A DNA stretch of 64,000 nucleotides, from contig OZ024741.1 in NCBI GenBank assembly GCA_964016885.1, forward strand, positions 399,900,001 through 399,964,000. The letters are read 5' to 3'. Below, piece after piece: positions 1 through 15,000 of this stretch (its first letter is position 1; each line of letters opens with the position of its first letter). The position numbers were made by a program, and so were the translations under genes. This DNA comes from Eledone cirrhosa. Taxonomy: Eukaryota. The notes beneath the pieces are model-generated. The model worked only from the letters and a program-made list of their open reading frames with translations. It had not been told where the DNA came from and did no database searches.

Positions 1-3000
1 AACCCATATGGTCATCTGACTGGTCAAGCCCCAGAACATGACAACCCATCTAAGCCATATGGTCACCTGGCTGGTCAAGCCCAAGAACATAGCAAACCAT
101 CTAACCCATATGGTCACCTGGCTGGTCAAGCCAAAGAACATGACAACCCATCTAACCCATATGGTCACCTGACTGGTCAAAGCCCCAGAACATGACAAGC
201 CATCTAACCCATATGGTCACCTGACTGGTCAAGCCTCAGAACATGACAACCCATCTAACCAATATGGTCATCTGACTGGTCAAGCCCCAGAACATGACAA
301 CCCATCTAACCCATATGGTCACCTGACTGGTCAAGCCCCAGAACATAACCCATCTAACCCATGTGGTCACCTGACTGGTCAAACCCCAGAACATGACAAC
401 CCATCTAACCCATGTGGTCACCTTACTGGTCAAGCCCCAGAACATGGCAACCCATCTAACTCATGTTGTCATCTGACTGGTCAAGCCCCAAAACATGACA
501 ACCCATCTAATCCATGTGGTCACCTGACTGGTCAAGCCCCAGAACCTGACAACCCATCTAACCCATATGGTCACCTGACAGGTCAAGCCCCAGAACATAA
601 CCCATCTAACCCATGTGGTCACCTGACTGGTCAAGCCCCAAAACATGATAACCCATCTAACCCATGTGGTCACCTGACTGGTGAAGCCCCAGAACATAAC
701 CCATCTAAACCATATGGTCACCTGACTGGTCAAGCCCCTGAACATGACAACCCATCTAACCCATATGGTCACCTGACTGGTCAAGCCCCAGAACATAACC
801 CATCTAACCCATGTGGTCACCTGACTGGTCAAACCCCAGAACATGACAACCCATCTAACCCATGTGGTCACCTTACTGGTCAAGCCCCAGAATATGTCAA
901 CCCATCTAACCCATGTGGTCATCTGGCTGGTCAAGCCCCAAAACATGACAACCCATCTAATCCATGTGGTCACCTGACTGGTCAAGCCCCAGAACCTGAC
1001 AACCCATCTAACACATATGGTCACCTGACTGATCAAGCCCCAGAACATGACAACCCATCTAAACCATATGGTCACCTGACTGGTCAAGCGCCAGAACATG
1101 ACAACCCATCTAACTCATATGGTCATCTGACTGGTCAAGCCCCAGAACATGACAACCCATCTAACCCATATGTTCATTTGACTGGTCAAGCTCCAGAACA
1201 TGATAACCTATCTAACCCATATGGTCACCTGACTGGTTAAGCCCCAGAACATGACACCCCATCTAACTCATATGGTCACCTGACTGGTCAAGCCCCAGAA
1301 TATGACAACCCATCTAACTGATATGGTCATCTAACTGGTCAAGCCCCAGAACATGACAACCCATCTAATCCATGTGGTCACCTGACTGGTCAAGCCCCAG
1401 AACATGACTACCCATCTAACCCATATGGTCACCTGACTGGTCAAGTCCCAGAACATGACAACCCATCTAACCCATGTGGTCATCTGACTGGTCAAGCCCC
1501 AAAACATGACAACCCATCTAACCCATGTGGTCATCTGACTGGTCAAGCTCCAAAACATGACAACCCATCTAACCCATATGGTCACCTGACTGGTCAAGCC
1601 CCACAACATGACAAACCATCTAACCCATACGGTCACCTGACTGGTCAAGCCCCAGAACATGACAAACCATCTAACCCATATGGTCACCTGACTGGTCAAG
1701 CCCCAGAACATGACAAACCATCTAACCCATATGGTCACCTGGCTGGTCAAGCCCAAGAACATAGCAAACCATCTAACCCATATGGTCACCTGGCTGGTCA
1801 AGCCTCAGAACATGACAACCCATCTAACCCATATGGTCATCTGACTGGTCAAGCCCCAGAACATGACAACCCATCTAACCCATATGGTCACCTGACTGGT
1901 CAAGCCCCAGAACATAACCCATCTAACCCATGTGGTCACCTGACTGGTCAAACCCCAGAACATGACAACCCATCTAACCCATGTGGTCACCTTACTGGTC
2001 AAGCCCCAGAACATGGCAACCCATCTAACCCATGTGGTCATCTGACTGGTCAAGCCCCAAAACATGACAACCCATCTAATCCATGTGGTCACCTGACTGG
2101 TCAAGCCCCAGAACCTGACAACCCATCTAACCCATATGGTCATCTGACTGGTCAAGCCCCAGAACATAACCCATCTAACCCATGTGGTCACCTGACTGGT
2201 CAAGCCCCAAAACATGATAACCCATCTAACCCATGTGGTCACCTGACTGGTGAAGCCCCAGAACATAACCCATCTAACCCATATGGTCACCTAACTGGTC
2301 AAGCCCCTGAACATGACAACCCATCTAACCCATATGGTCACCTGACTGGTCAAGCCCCAGAACATAACCCATCTAACCCATGTGGTCACCTGACTGGTCA
2401 AGCCCCAGAATATGGGAACCCATCTAACCGATGTGGTCATCTGACTGGTCAAGCCCCAAAACATGACAACCCATCTAATCCATGTGGTCACCTGACTGGT
2501 CAAGCCCCAGAACCTGACAACCCATCTAACACATATGGTCACCTGACTGATCAAGCCCCACAACATGACAACCCATCTAAACCATATGGTCATCTGACTG
2601 GTCAAGCCCCAGAACATGACAACCCATCTAACCCATATGTTCATTTGACTGGTCAAGCTCCAGAACATGATAACCTAACACATATGGTCACCTGACTGGT
2701 TAAGCCCCAGAACATGACACCCCATCTAACTCATATGGTCACCTGACTGGTCAAGCCCCAGAATATGACAACCCATCTAACTGATATGGTCATCTAACTG
2801 GTCAAGCCCCAGAACATGACAACCCATCTAATCCATGTGGTCACCTGACTGGTCAAGCCCCAGAACATGACTACCCATCTAACCCATATGGTCACCTGAC
2901 TGGTCAAATCCCAGAACATGACAACCCATCTAACCCATGTGGTCATCTGACTGGTCAAGCCCCAAAACATGACAACCCATCTAACCCATGTGGTCATCTG

Positions 3001-6000
3001 ACTGGTCAAGCCCCAAAACATGACAACCCATCTAACCCATATGGTCACCTGACTGGTCAAGCCCCACAACATGACAAACCATCTAACCCATATGGTCACC
3101 TGACTGGTCAAGCCCCAGAACATGACAAACCATCTAACCCATATGGTCACCTGACTGGTCAAGCCCCAGAACATGACAACCCATCTAACCCATATGGTCA
3201 TCTGACTTGTCAAACCCCAGAACATGACAAACCATCTAACCCATATTGTCACCTGACTGGTCAAGCCCCAGCACATGACAACCCATCTAACCCATATGGT
3301 CATCTGACTGGTCAAGCCCCAGATCACGACAACCCATCTAACCCATATGGTCATTTGACTGGTCAAGCCCCAGAACATGATAACCTATCTAACCCATATG
3401 GTCACCTGACTGGTCAAGCCCCAGAACATGACACCCCATCTAACCCATATGGTCACCTGACAGGTCAAGCCCGAGAATATGACAACCCATCTAACCCATA
3501 TGGTCATCTGACTGGTCAAGCCCAAGAAAATGACAACCCATCTAACCCATATGGTCATCTGACTGGTCAAGCCCCAGAACATGACAACCCATCTAACCCA
3601 TATGGTCACCTGACTGGTCAAGTCCCAGAACATGACAACCCATCTAACCCATATGGACACCTGACTGGCAAGCCCCAGAACATGACAACCCATCCAACCC
3701 ATATGGTCATCTGACTGGTCAAGCCACAGAACATGACAACCCATCTAACCCATATGGTCACCTGACTGGTCAAGCGCCAAAATATGACAACCCATCTAAC
3801 CCATATGGTCACCTGACTGGTCAAGCCCCAGAACATGACAACCCATATGGTCATCTGACTGGTCAAGCCCCGGAACATGACAACCCATCTAACCCATATG
3901 GTCACCTGACTGGTCAAGCGCCAGAACATGACAACCCATCTAACCCATATGGTCACCTGACTGGTCAAGCCCCGGAACATGACAACCCATCTAACCCATA
4001 TGGTCACCTGGCTTGTCAAGCCAAAGAACATGACAACCCATCTAACCCATATGGTCACCTGAATGGTCAAAGCCCCAGAACATGACAACCCATCTAACCC
4101 ATATGGTCACCTGACTGGTCAAGCCTCAGAACATGACACCCCATCTAACCCATATGGTCATCTGACTGGTCAAGCCCCAGAACATGACAACCCATCTAAC
4201 CCATATGGTCACCTGACTGGTCAAGCGCCAGAACATGACAACCCATCTAACCCATATGTTCATCTGACTGGTCAAGCCCCGGAACATGACAACCCATCTA
4301 ACCCATATGGTCACCTGGCTTGTCAAGCCAAAGAACATGACAACCCATCTAACCCATATGGTCACCTGACTGGTCAAAGCCCCAGAACATGACAATCCAT
4401 CTAACCCATATGGTCTCCTGACTGGTCAAGCCTCAGAACATGACACCCCATCTAACCCATATGGTCATCTGACTGGTCAAGCCCCAGAACATGACAACCC
4501 ATCTAACCCATATGGTCATCTGACTGGTCAAGCCCCAGAACATGACAACCCATCTAAGCCATATGGTCACCTGGCTGGTCAAGCCCAAGAACATAGCAAA
4601 CCATCTAACCCATATGGTCACCTGGCTGGTCAAGCCAAATAACATGACAACCCATCTAACCCATATGGTCACCTGACTGGTCAAAGCCCCAGAACATGAC
4701 AACCCATCTAACCCATATGGTCACCTGACTGGTCAAGCCTCAGAACATGACAACCCATCTAACCCATATGGTCATCTGACTGGTCAAGCCCCAGAACATG
4801 ACAACCCATCTAACCCATATGGTCACCTGACTGGTCAAGCCCCAGAACATAACCCATCTAACCCATGTGGTCACCTGACTGGTCAAACCCCAGAACATGA
4901 CAACCCATCTAACCCATGTGGTCACCTTACTGGTCAAGCCCCAGAACATGGCAACCCATCTAACCCATGTGGTCATCTGACTGGTCAAGCCCCAAAACAT
5001 GACAACCCATCTAATCCATGTGGTCACCTGACTGGTCAAGCCCCAGAACCTGACAACCCATCTAACCCATATGGTCATCTGACTGGTCAAGCCCCAGAAC
5101 ATAACCCATCTAACCCATGTGGTCACCTGACTGGTCAAGCCCCAAAACATGATAACCCATCTAACCCATGTGGTCATCTGACTGGTGAAGCCCCAGAACA
5201 TAACCCATCTAACCCATATGGTCACCTGACTGGTCAAGCCCCTGAACATGACAACCCATCTAACCCATATGGTCACCTGACTGGTCAAGCCCCAGAACAT
5301 AACCCATCTAACCCATGTGGTCACCTGACTGGTCAAGCCCCAGAATATGGCAACCCATCTAACCGATGTGGTCATCTGACTGGTCAAGCCCCAAAACATG
5401 ACATCCCATCTAATCCATGTGGTCACCTGACTGGTCAAGCCCCAGAACCTGACAACCCATCTAACACATATGGTCACCTGACTGATCAAGCCCCAGAACA
5501 TGACAACCCATCTAAACCATATGGTCACCTGACTGGTCATGCGCCAGAACATGACAACCCATCTAACTCATATGGTCATCTGACTGGTCAAGCCCCAGAA
5601 CATGACAACCCATCTAACCCATATGTTCATTTGACTGGTCAAGCTCCAGAACATGATAACCTATCTAACCCATATGGTCACCTGACTGGTTAAGCCCCAG
5701 AACATGACACCCCATCTAACTCATATGGTCACCTGACTGGTCAAGCCCCAGAATATGACAACCCATCTAACTGATATGGTCATCTAACTGGTCAAGCCCC
5801 AGAACATGACAACCCATCTAATCCATGTGGTCACCTGACTGGTCAAGCCCCAGAACATGACTACCCATCTAACCCATATGGTCACCTGACTGGTCAAGCC
5901 CCACAACATGACAAACCATCTAACCCATATGGTCACCTGACTGGTCAAGCCCCAGAACATGACAAACCATCTAACCCATATTGTCACCTGACTGGTCAAG

Positions 6001-9000
6001 CCCCAGCACATGACAACCCATCTAACCCATATGGTCATCTGACTGGTCAAGCCCCAGATCACGACAACCCATCTAACCCATATGGTCATTTGACTGGTCA
6101 AGCCCCAGAACATGATAACCTATCTAACCCATATGGTCACCTGACTGGTCAAGCCCCAGAACATGACACCCCATCTAACCCATATGGTCACCTGACAGGT
6201 CAAGCCCGAGAATATGACAACCCATCTAACCCATATGGTCATCTGACTGGTCAAGCCCCAGAACATGATAACCTATCTAACCCATATGGTCATCTGACTG
6301 GTCAAGCCCAAGAAAATGACAACCCATCTAACCCATATGGTCATCTGACTGGTCAAGCCGCAGAACATGACAACCCATCTAACCCATATGGTCACCTGAC
6401 TGGTCAAGTCCCAGAACATGACAACCCATCTAACCCATATGGTCACCTGACTGGCAAGCCCCAGAACATGACAACCCATCCAACCCATATGGTCATCTGA
6501 CTGGTCAAGCCACAGAACATGACAACCCATCTAACCCATATGGTCACCTGACTGGTCAAGCGCCAAAATATGACAACCCATCTAACCCATATGGTCACCT
6601 GACTGGTCAAGCCCCAGAACATGACAACCCATATGGTCATCTGACTGGTCAAGCCCCGGAACATGACAACCCATCTAATCCATATGGTCACCTGACTGGT
6701 CAAGTCCCAGAACATGACAACCCATCTAACCCATATGGTCACCTGACTGGTCAAGCGCCAGAACATGACAACCCATCTAACCCATATGGTCACCTGACTG
6801 GTCAAAGCCCCAGAACATGATAACCCATCTAACCCATATGGTCATCTGACTGGTCAAGCCCCGGAACATGACAACCCATCTAACCCATATGGTCACCTGG
6901 CTTGTCAAGCCAAAGAACATGACAACCCATCTAACCCATATGGTCACCTGACTGGTCAAAGCCCCAGAACATAAGCCATCTAACCCATATGGTCATCTGA
7001 CTGGTCAAACCCCAGAACATGACAACCCATCTAATCCATGTGGTCACCTGACTAGTCAAGCCCCAGAACATGACAACCCATCTAACCCATATGGTCACCT
7101 GACTGGTCAAGCCCCAGAACATAACCCATCTAACCCATGTGGTCACCTGACTGGTCAAGCCCGAGAATATGATAACCCATCTAACCCATATGGTCATCTG
7201 ACTGGTCAAGACCAAGAAAATGACAACCCATCTAACCCATATGGTCATCCGACTGGTCAAGCCCCAGAACATGACAACCCATCTAATCCATGTGGTCACC
7301 AGACTGGTCAAGCCCCAAAACATGACAACCCATCTAACCCATATGGTCACCTGACTGGTCAAGTCCCAGAACATGACAACCCATCTAACCCATATGGTCA
7401 CCTGACTGGCAAGCCCCAGAACATAACAACCCATCCAACCCATATGGTCATCTGACTGGTCAAGCCCCAGAACATAACCCATCTAACCCATATGGTCACC
7501 TGACTGGTCAAAGCCCCAGAACATGATAACCCATCTAACCCATATGGTCACCTGGCTGGTCAAGCCCAAGAACATAGCAAACCATCTAACCCATATGGTC
7601 ACCTGGCTGGTCAAGCCAAAAAACATGACAACCCATCTAACCCATATGGTCACCTGACTGGTCAAAGTCCCAGAACATGACAACCCATCTAACCAATATG
7701 GTCATCTTACTGGTCAAGCCCCAGAACGTGACAACCCATCTAACCCATATGGTCACCTGACTGGTCAAGCCCCAGAACATGACCCATCTAACCCATGTGG
7801 TCACCTGACTGATCAAGCCCCAGAACATGGCAACCCATCTAACCCATGTGGTCATCTGACTGGTCAAGCCCCAAAACATGACAACCCATCTAATCCATGT
7901 GGTCACCTGACTGGTCAAGCCCCAGAACCTGACAACCCATCTAACCCATATGGTCACCTGACTGGTCAAGCCCCAGAACATGACAACCCATCTAACCCAT
8001 ATGGTCATTTGACTGGTCAAGCTCCAGAACATGATAACCTATCTAACCCATATGGTCACCTGACTGGTTAAGCCTCAGAACATGACACCCCATCTAACTC
8101 ATATGGTCACCTGACTGGTCAAGCCCCAGAATATGACAACCCATCTAACCCATATGGTCATCTGACTGGTCAAGCCCCAGAACATGACAACCCATCTAAT
8201 CCATGTGGTCACCTGACTGGTCAAGCCCCAGAACATGACAAACCATCTAACCCATATGGTCACCTGACTGGTCAAGCCCCAGAACATGACAACCCATCTA
8301 ACCCATATGGTCATTTGACTGGTCAAGCCCCAGAACATGATAACCTATCTAATCCATATGGTCACCTGACTGGTCAAGCCCCAGAACATGACACCCCATC
8401 TAACCCATATGGTCTCCTGAGTGGTCAAGCCCGAGAATATGACAACCCATCTAACCCATATGGTCATCTGACTGGTCAAGCCCAAGAAAATGACAACCCA
8501 TCTAACCCATATGGTCATCTGACCGGTCAAGCCCCAGAACATGACAACCCATCTGATCCATGTAGTCACCAGACTGGTCAAGCCCCAAAACATGACAACC
8601 CATCTAACCCATATGGTCACCTGACTGGTCAAGTCCCAGAACATGACAACCCATCTAACCCATATGGTCACCTGACTGGCAAGCCCCAGAACATGACAAC
8701 CCATCCAACCCATATGGTCACCTGACTGGTCAAGCCCCAGAACATAACCCATCTAACTCATATGGTCACCTGACTGGTCAAGCGCCAGGACATGACAACC
8801 CATCTAACCCATATGGTCACCTGACTGGTCAAAGCCCCAGAACATGATAACCCATCTAACCCATATGGTCATCTGACTGGTCAAGCCCCAGAACATGACA
8901 ACCCATCTAACCCATATGGTCACCTGACTGGTCAAGCCCCAGAACATAACCCATCTAACCCATGTGGTCACCTGACTGGTCAAGCCCGAAAACATGATAA

Positions 9001-12000
9001 CCCATCTAACCCATGTGGTCACCTGACTGGTGAAGCCCCAGAACATAACCCATCTAACCCATATGGTCACCTGACTGGTCAAGCCCCTGAACATGACAAC
9101 CCATCTAACCCATATGGTCACCTGACTGGTCAAGCCCCAGAACATAACCCATCTAACCCATGTGGTCACCTGACTGGTCAAACCCCAGAACATGACAACC
9201 CATCTAACCCATGTGGTCACCTTACTGGTCAAGCCCCAAAACATGACAACCCATCTAATCCATGTGGTCATCTGACTGGTCAAGCGCCAGAACATGGCAA
9301 CCCATCTAACCCATGTGGTCACCTTACTGGTCAAGCCCCAGAACATGGCAACCCATCTAACCCATGTGGTCATCTGACTGGTCAAGCCCCAAAACATGAC
9401 AACCCATCTAATCCATGTGGTCACCTGACTGGTCAAGCCCCAGAACCTGACAACCCATCTAACCCATATGGTCACCTGACTGATCAAGCCCCAGAACATG
9501 ACAACCCATCTAACCCATATGGTCACCTGACTGGTCAAGCGCCAGAACATGACAACCCATCTAAGTCATATGGTCATCTGACTTGTCAACCCCCAGAACA
9601 TGACAACCCATCTAACCCATATGTTCATTTGACTGGTCAAGTTCCAGAACATGATAACCTATCTAACCCATATGGTCACCTGACTGGTCAAGCCCCAGAA
9701 CATGACACCCCATCTAACTCATATGGTCACCTGACTGGTCAAGCCCCAGAATATGACAACCCATCTAAACCATATGGTCATCTGACTGGTCAAGCCCCAG
9801 AACATGACAACCCATCTAATCCATGTGGTCACCTGACTGGTCAAGCCCCAGAACATGACTACCCATCTAACCCATATGATCACCTGACTGGTCAGGTCCC
9901 AGAACATGACAACCCATCTAACCCATGTGGTCATCTGACTGGTCAAGCCCCACAACATGACAAACCATCTAACCCATATGGTCACCTGACTGGTCAAGCC
10001 CCACAACATGACAAACCATCTAACCCATATGGTCATCTGACTTGTAAAGCCCCAGAACATGACAAACCATCTAACCCATATGGTCACCTGACTGGTCAAG
10101 CCACAGAACATGACACCCCATCTAACTCATATGGTCACCTGACTGGTCAAGCCCCAGAATATGACAACCCATCTAACTCATATGGTCATCTGACTGGTCA
10201 AGACCCAGAACATGACAACCCATCTAACCCATATGATCATCTGACTGGTCAAGCCCCAGAACATGACAACCCATCTAACCCATATGGTCATCTGACTGGT
10301 CAAGCCCCAGAATATGATAACCTATCTAACCCATATGGTCATCTGACTGGTCAAGCCCCAGAACATGACAACCCATCTAACCCATATGGTCATCTGACTG
10401 GTCAAGCCCCAGAATATGATAACCTATCTAACCCATATGGTCATCTGACTGGTCAAGCCCCAGAACATGACAACCCATCTAACCCATATGGTCATCTGAC
10501 TGGTCAAGCCCCAGAATATGATAACCTATCTAACCCATATGGTAACCTGACTGGTCAAGCCCCAGAACATGACAACCCATCTAACCCATATGGTCATCTG
10601 ACTGGTCAAGCCCCAGAACATGACAACCCATCTAACCCATATGGTCATCTGACTGGTCAAGCCCCAGAATATGATAACCTATCTAACCCATATGGTCATC
10701 TGACTGGTCAAGCCCCAGAACATGACAACCCATCTAACCCATATGGTCATCTGACTGGTCAAGCCCCAGAATATGATAACCTATCTAACCCATATGGTAA
10801 CCTGACTGGTCAAGCCCCAGAACATAACCCATCTAACCCATATGGTCATCTGACTGGTCAAGCCCCAGAACATGACAACCCATTTAACCATATGGTCATC
10901 TGACTGGTTAAGCCCCAGAACATGACAACCCATCTAATCCATGTGGTCATCTGACGGGTCAAGCCCCAGAACATGACAAACCATCTAACCCATATGATCA
11001 TGTGACGGGTCAAGCCCCAGAACATGACAACCCATCTAACCCATATGATCATGTGACTGGTTAAGCCCCAGAACATGACAACCCATCTAATCCATGTGGT
11101 CATCTGACGGGTCAAGCCCCAGAACATGACAAACCATCTAACCCATATGATCATGTGACTGGTTAAGCCCCAGAACATGACAACCCATCTAACCCATATG
11201 ATCATGTGACTGGTTAAGCCCCAGAACATGACAACCCATCTAACCCATATGATCATGTGACGGGTCAAGCCCCAGAACATGTCAAACCATCTAACCCATA
11301 TGATCATCTGACTGGTTAAGCCCCAGAACATGACAACCCATCTAACCCATATGATCATGTGACGGGTCAAGCCCCAGAACATAACCCATCTAACCCATAT
11401 GGTCATCTGACTGGTCAAGCCCCAGAACATGACAACCCATTTAACCATATGGTCACCTGACTGGTTAAGCCCCAGAACATGACAACCCATCTAATCCATG
11501 TGGTCATCTGACGGGTCAAGCCCCAGAACATGACAAACCATCTAACCCATATGATCATGTGACGGGTCAAGCCCCAGAACATGACAACCCATCTAATCCA
11601 TGTGGCCATCTGACGGGTCAAGCCCCAGAACATGACAACCCATCTAACCCATATGATCATGTGACGGGTCAAGCCCCAGAACATGACAACCCATTTAACC
11701 ATATGGTCACCTGACTGGTCAAGCCCCAGAATATGATAACCTATCTAACCCATATGGTCATCTGACTGGTCAAGCTCCAGAACATGACAACCCATCTAAC
11801 CCATATGGTCATCTGACTGGTCAAGCCCCAGAATATGATAACCTATCTAACCCATATGGTCATCTGACTGGTCAAGCCCCAGAACATGACAACCCATCTA
11901 ACCCATATGGTCATCTGACTGGTCAAGCCCCAGAATATGATAACCTATCTAACCCATATGGTAACCTGACTGGTCAAGCCCCAGAACATGACAACCCATC

Positions 12001-15000
12001 TAACCCATATGGTCATCTGACTGGTCAAGCCCCAGAACATGACAACCCATCTAACCCATATGGTCACCTGACTGGTCAAGCCCCAGAACATGACAAACCA
12101 TCTAACCCATATGGTCATCTGACTGGTCAAGCCCCAGAATATGATAACCTATCTAACCCATATGGTCATCTGACTGGTCAAGCCCCAGAACATGACAACC
12201 CATCTAACCCATATGGTCATCTGACTGGTCAAGCCCCAGAATATGATAACCTATCTAACCCATATGGTCATCTGACTGGTCAAGCCCCAGAACATGACAA
12301 CCCATCTAACCCATATGGTCATCTGACTGGTCAAGCCCCAGAATATGATAACCTATCTAACCCATATGGTAACCTGACTGGTCAAGCCCCAGAACATAAC
12401 CCATCTAACCCATATGGTCATCTGACTGGTCAAGCCCCAGAACATGACAACCCATTTAACCATATGGTCATCTGACTGGTTAAGCCCCAGAACATGACAA
12501 CCCATCTAACCCATATGGTCACCTGACTGGTTAAGCCCCAGAACATGACAACCCATCTAATCCATATGGTCTCCTGACTGGTCAAGCCCCAGAACATGAT
12601 AACCCATCTAACCCATATGGTCACCTGACTGGTCAAGCCCCAAAACATGATAACCCATCTAACCCATATGGTCACCTGACGGGTCAAGCCCCAGAACATG
12701 ACAACCCATCTAACCCATATGGTCACCTGACTGGTTAAGCCCCAGAACATGATAACCCATCTAACCCATATGGTCACCTGACTGGTCAAGCCCCAAAACA
12801 TGATAACCCATCTAACCCATGTGGTCACCTGACTGGTCAAGCCCCAGAACATGACAACCTATCTAACCCATGTGGTCACATGACTGGTCAAGCCCCAGAA
12901 CATGACAACCCATCTAACCCATGTCGTCACCTGACTGGTCAATCCCCAGAACATGACAACCCATCTAACCCATATGGTCACCTGACTGGTCAAGCCCCAT
13001 CATATGACAACCCATCTAACCCATATGGTCACCTGACTGGTCAAGGCCCAGCATATGACAACCCATCTAACCCATATGGTCACCTGACTGGTCAAGGCCC
13101 AGCATATGACAACCCATCTAACCCATATGGTCACCTGACTGGTCAATCCCCAGAATATGACAACCCATCTAACCCATATGGTCACCTGACTGGTCAAGGC
13201 CCAGCATATGACAACCCATCTAACCCATATGGTCACCTGACTGGTCAATCCCCAGAACATGACAACCCATCTAACCCATATGGTAACCTGACTGGTCAAG
13301 CCCCAGAACATGACAACCCATCTAACCCATATGGTCATCTGACTGGTCAAGCCCCAGAACATGACAACCCATCTAACCCATATGGTCATCTGACTGGTCA
13401 AGCCCCAGAATATGATAACCTATCTAACCCATATGGTCATCTGACTGGTCAAGCCCCAGAACATGACAACCCATCTAACCCATATGGTCATCTGACTGGT
13501 CAAGCCCCAGAATATGATAACCTATCTAACCCATATGGTAACCTGACTGGTCAAGCCCCAGAACATAACCCATCTAACCCATATGGTCATCTGACTGGTC
13601 AAGCCCCAGAACATGACAACCCATTTAACCATATGGTCATCTGACTGGTTAAGCCCCAGAACATGACAACCCATCTAATCCATGTGGTCATCTGACGGGT
13701 CAAGCCCCAGAACATGACAAACCATCTAACCCATATGATCATGTGACGGGTCAAGCCCCAGAACATGACAACCCATCTAACCCATATGATCATGTGACTG
13801 GTTAAGCCCCAGAACATGACAACCCATCTAATCCATGTGGTCATCTGACGGGTCAAGCCCCAGAACATGACAAACCATCTAACCCATATGATCATGTGAC
13901 TGGTTAAGCCCCAGAACATGACAACCCATCTAACCCATATGATCATGTGACTGGTTAAGCCCCAGAACATGACAACCCATCTAACCCATATGATCATGTG
14001 ACGGGTCAAGCCCCAGAACATGTCAAACCATCTAACCCATATGATCATCTGACTGGTTAAGCCCCAGAACATGACAACCCATCTAACCCATATGATCATG
14101 TGACGGGTCAAGCCCCAGAACATAACCCATCTAACCCATATGGTCATCTGACTGGTCAAGCCCCAGAACATGACAACCCATTTAACCATATGGTCACCTG
14201 ACTGGTTAAGCCCCAGAACATGACAACCCATCTAATCCATGTGGTCATCTGACGGGTCAAGCCCCAGAACATGACAAACCATCTAACCCATATGATCATG
14301 TGACGGGTCAAGCCCCAGAACATGACAACCCATCTAATCCATGTGGCCATCTGACGGGTCAAGCCCCAGAACATGACAACCCATCTAACCCATATGATCA
14401 TGTGACGGGTCAAGCCCCAGAACATGACAACCCATTTAACCATATGGTCACCTGACTGGTCAAGCCCCAGAATATGATAACCTATCTAACCCATATGGTC
14501 ATCTGACTGGTCAAGCTCCAGAACATGACAACCCATCTAACCCATATGGTCATCTGACTGGTCAAGCCCCAGAATATGATAACCTATCTAACCCATATGG
14601 TCATCTGACTGGTCAAGCCCCAGAACATGACAACCCATCTAACCCATATGGTCATCTGACTGGTCAAGCCCCAGAATATGATAACCTATCTAACCCATAT
14701 GGTAACCTGACTGGTCAAGCCCCAGAACATGACAACCCATCTAACCCATATGGTCATCTGACTGGTCAAGCCCCAGAACATGACAACCCATCTAACCCAT
14801 ATGGTCACCTGACTGGTCAAGCCCCAGAACATGACAAACCATCTAACCCATATGGTCATCTGACTGGTCAAGCCCCAGAATATGATAACCTATCTAACCC
14901 ATATGGTCATCTGACTGGTCAAGCCCCAGAACATGACAACCCATCTAACCCATATGGTCATCTGACTGGTCAAGCCCCAGAATATGATAACCTATCTAAC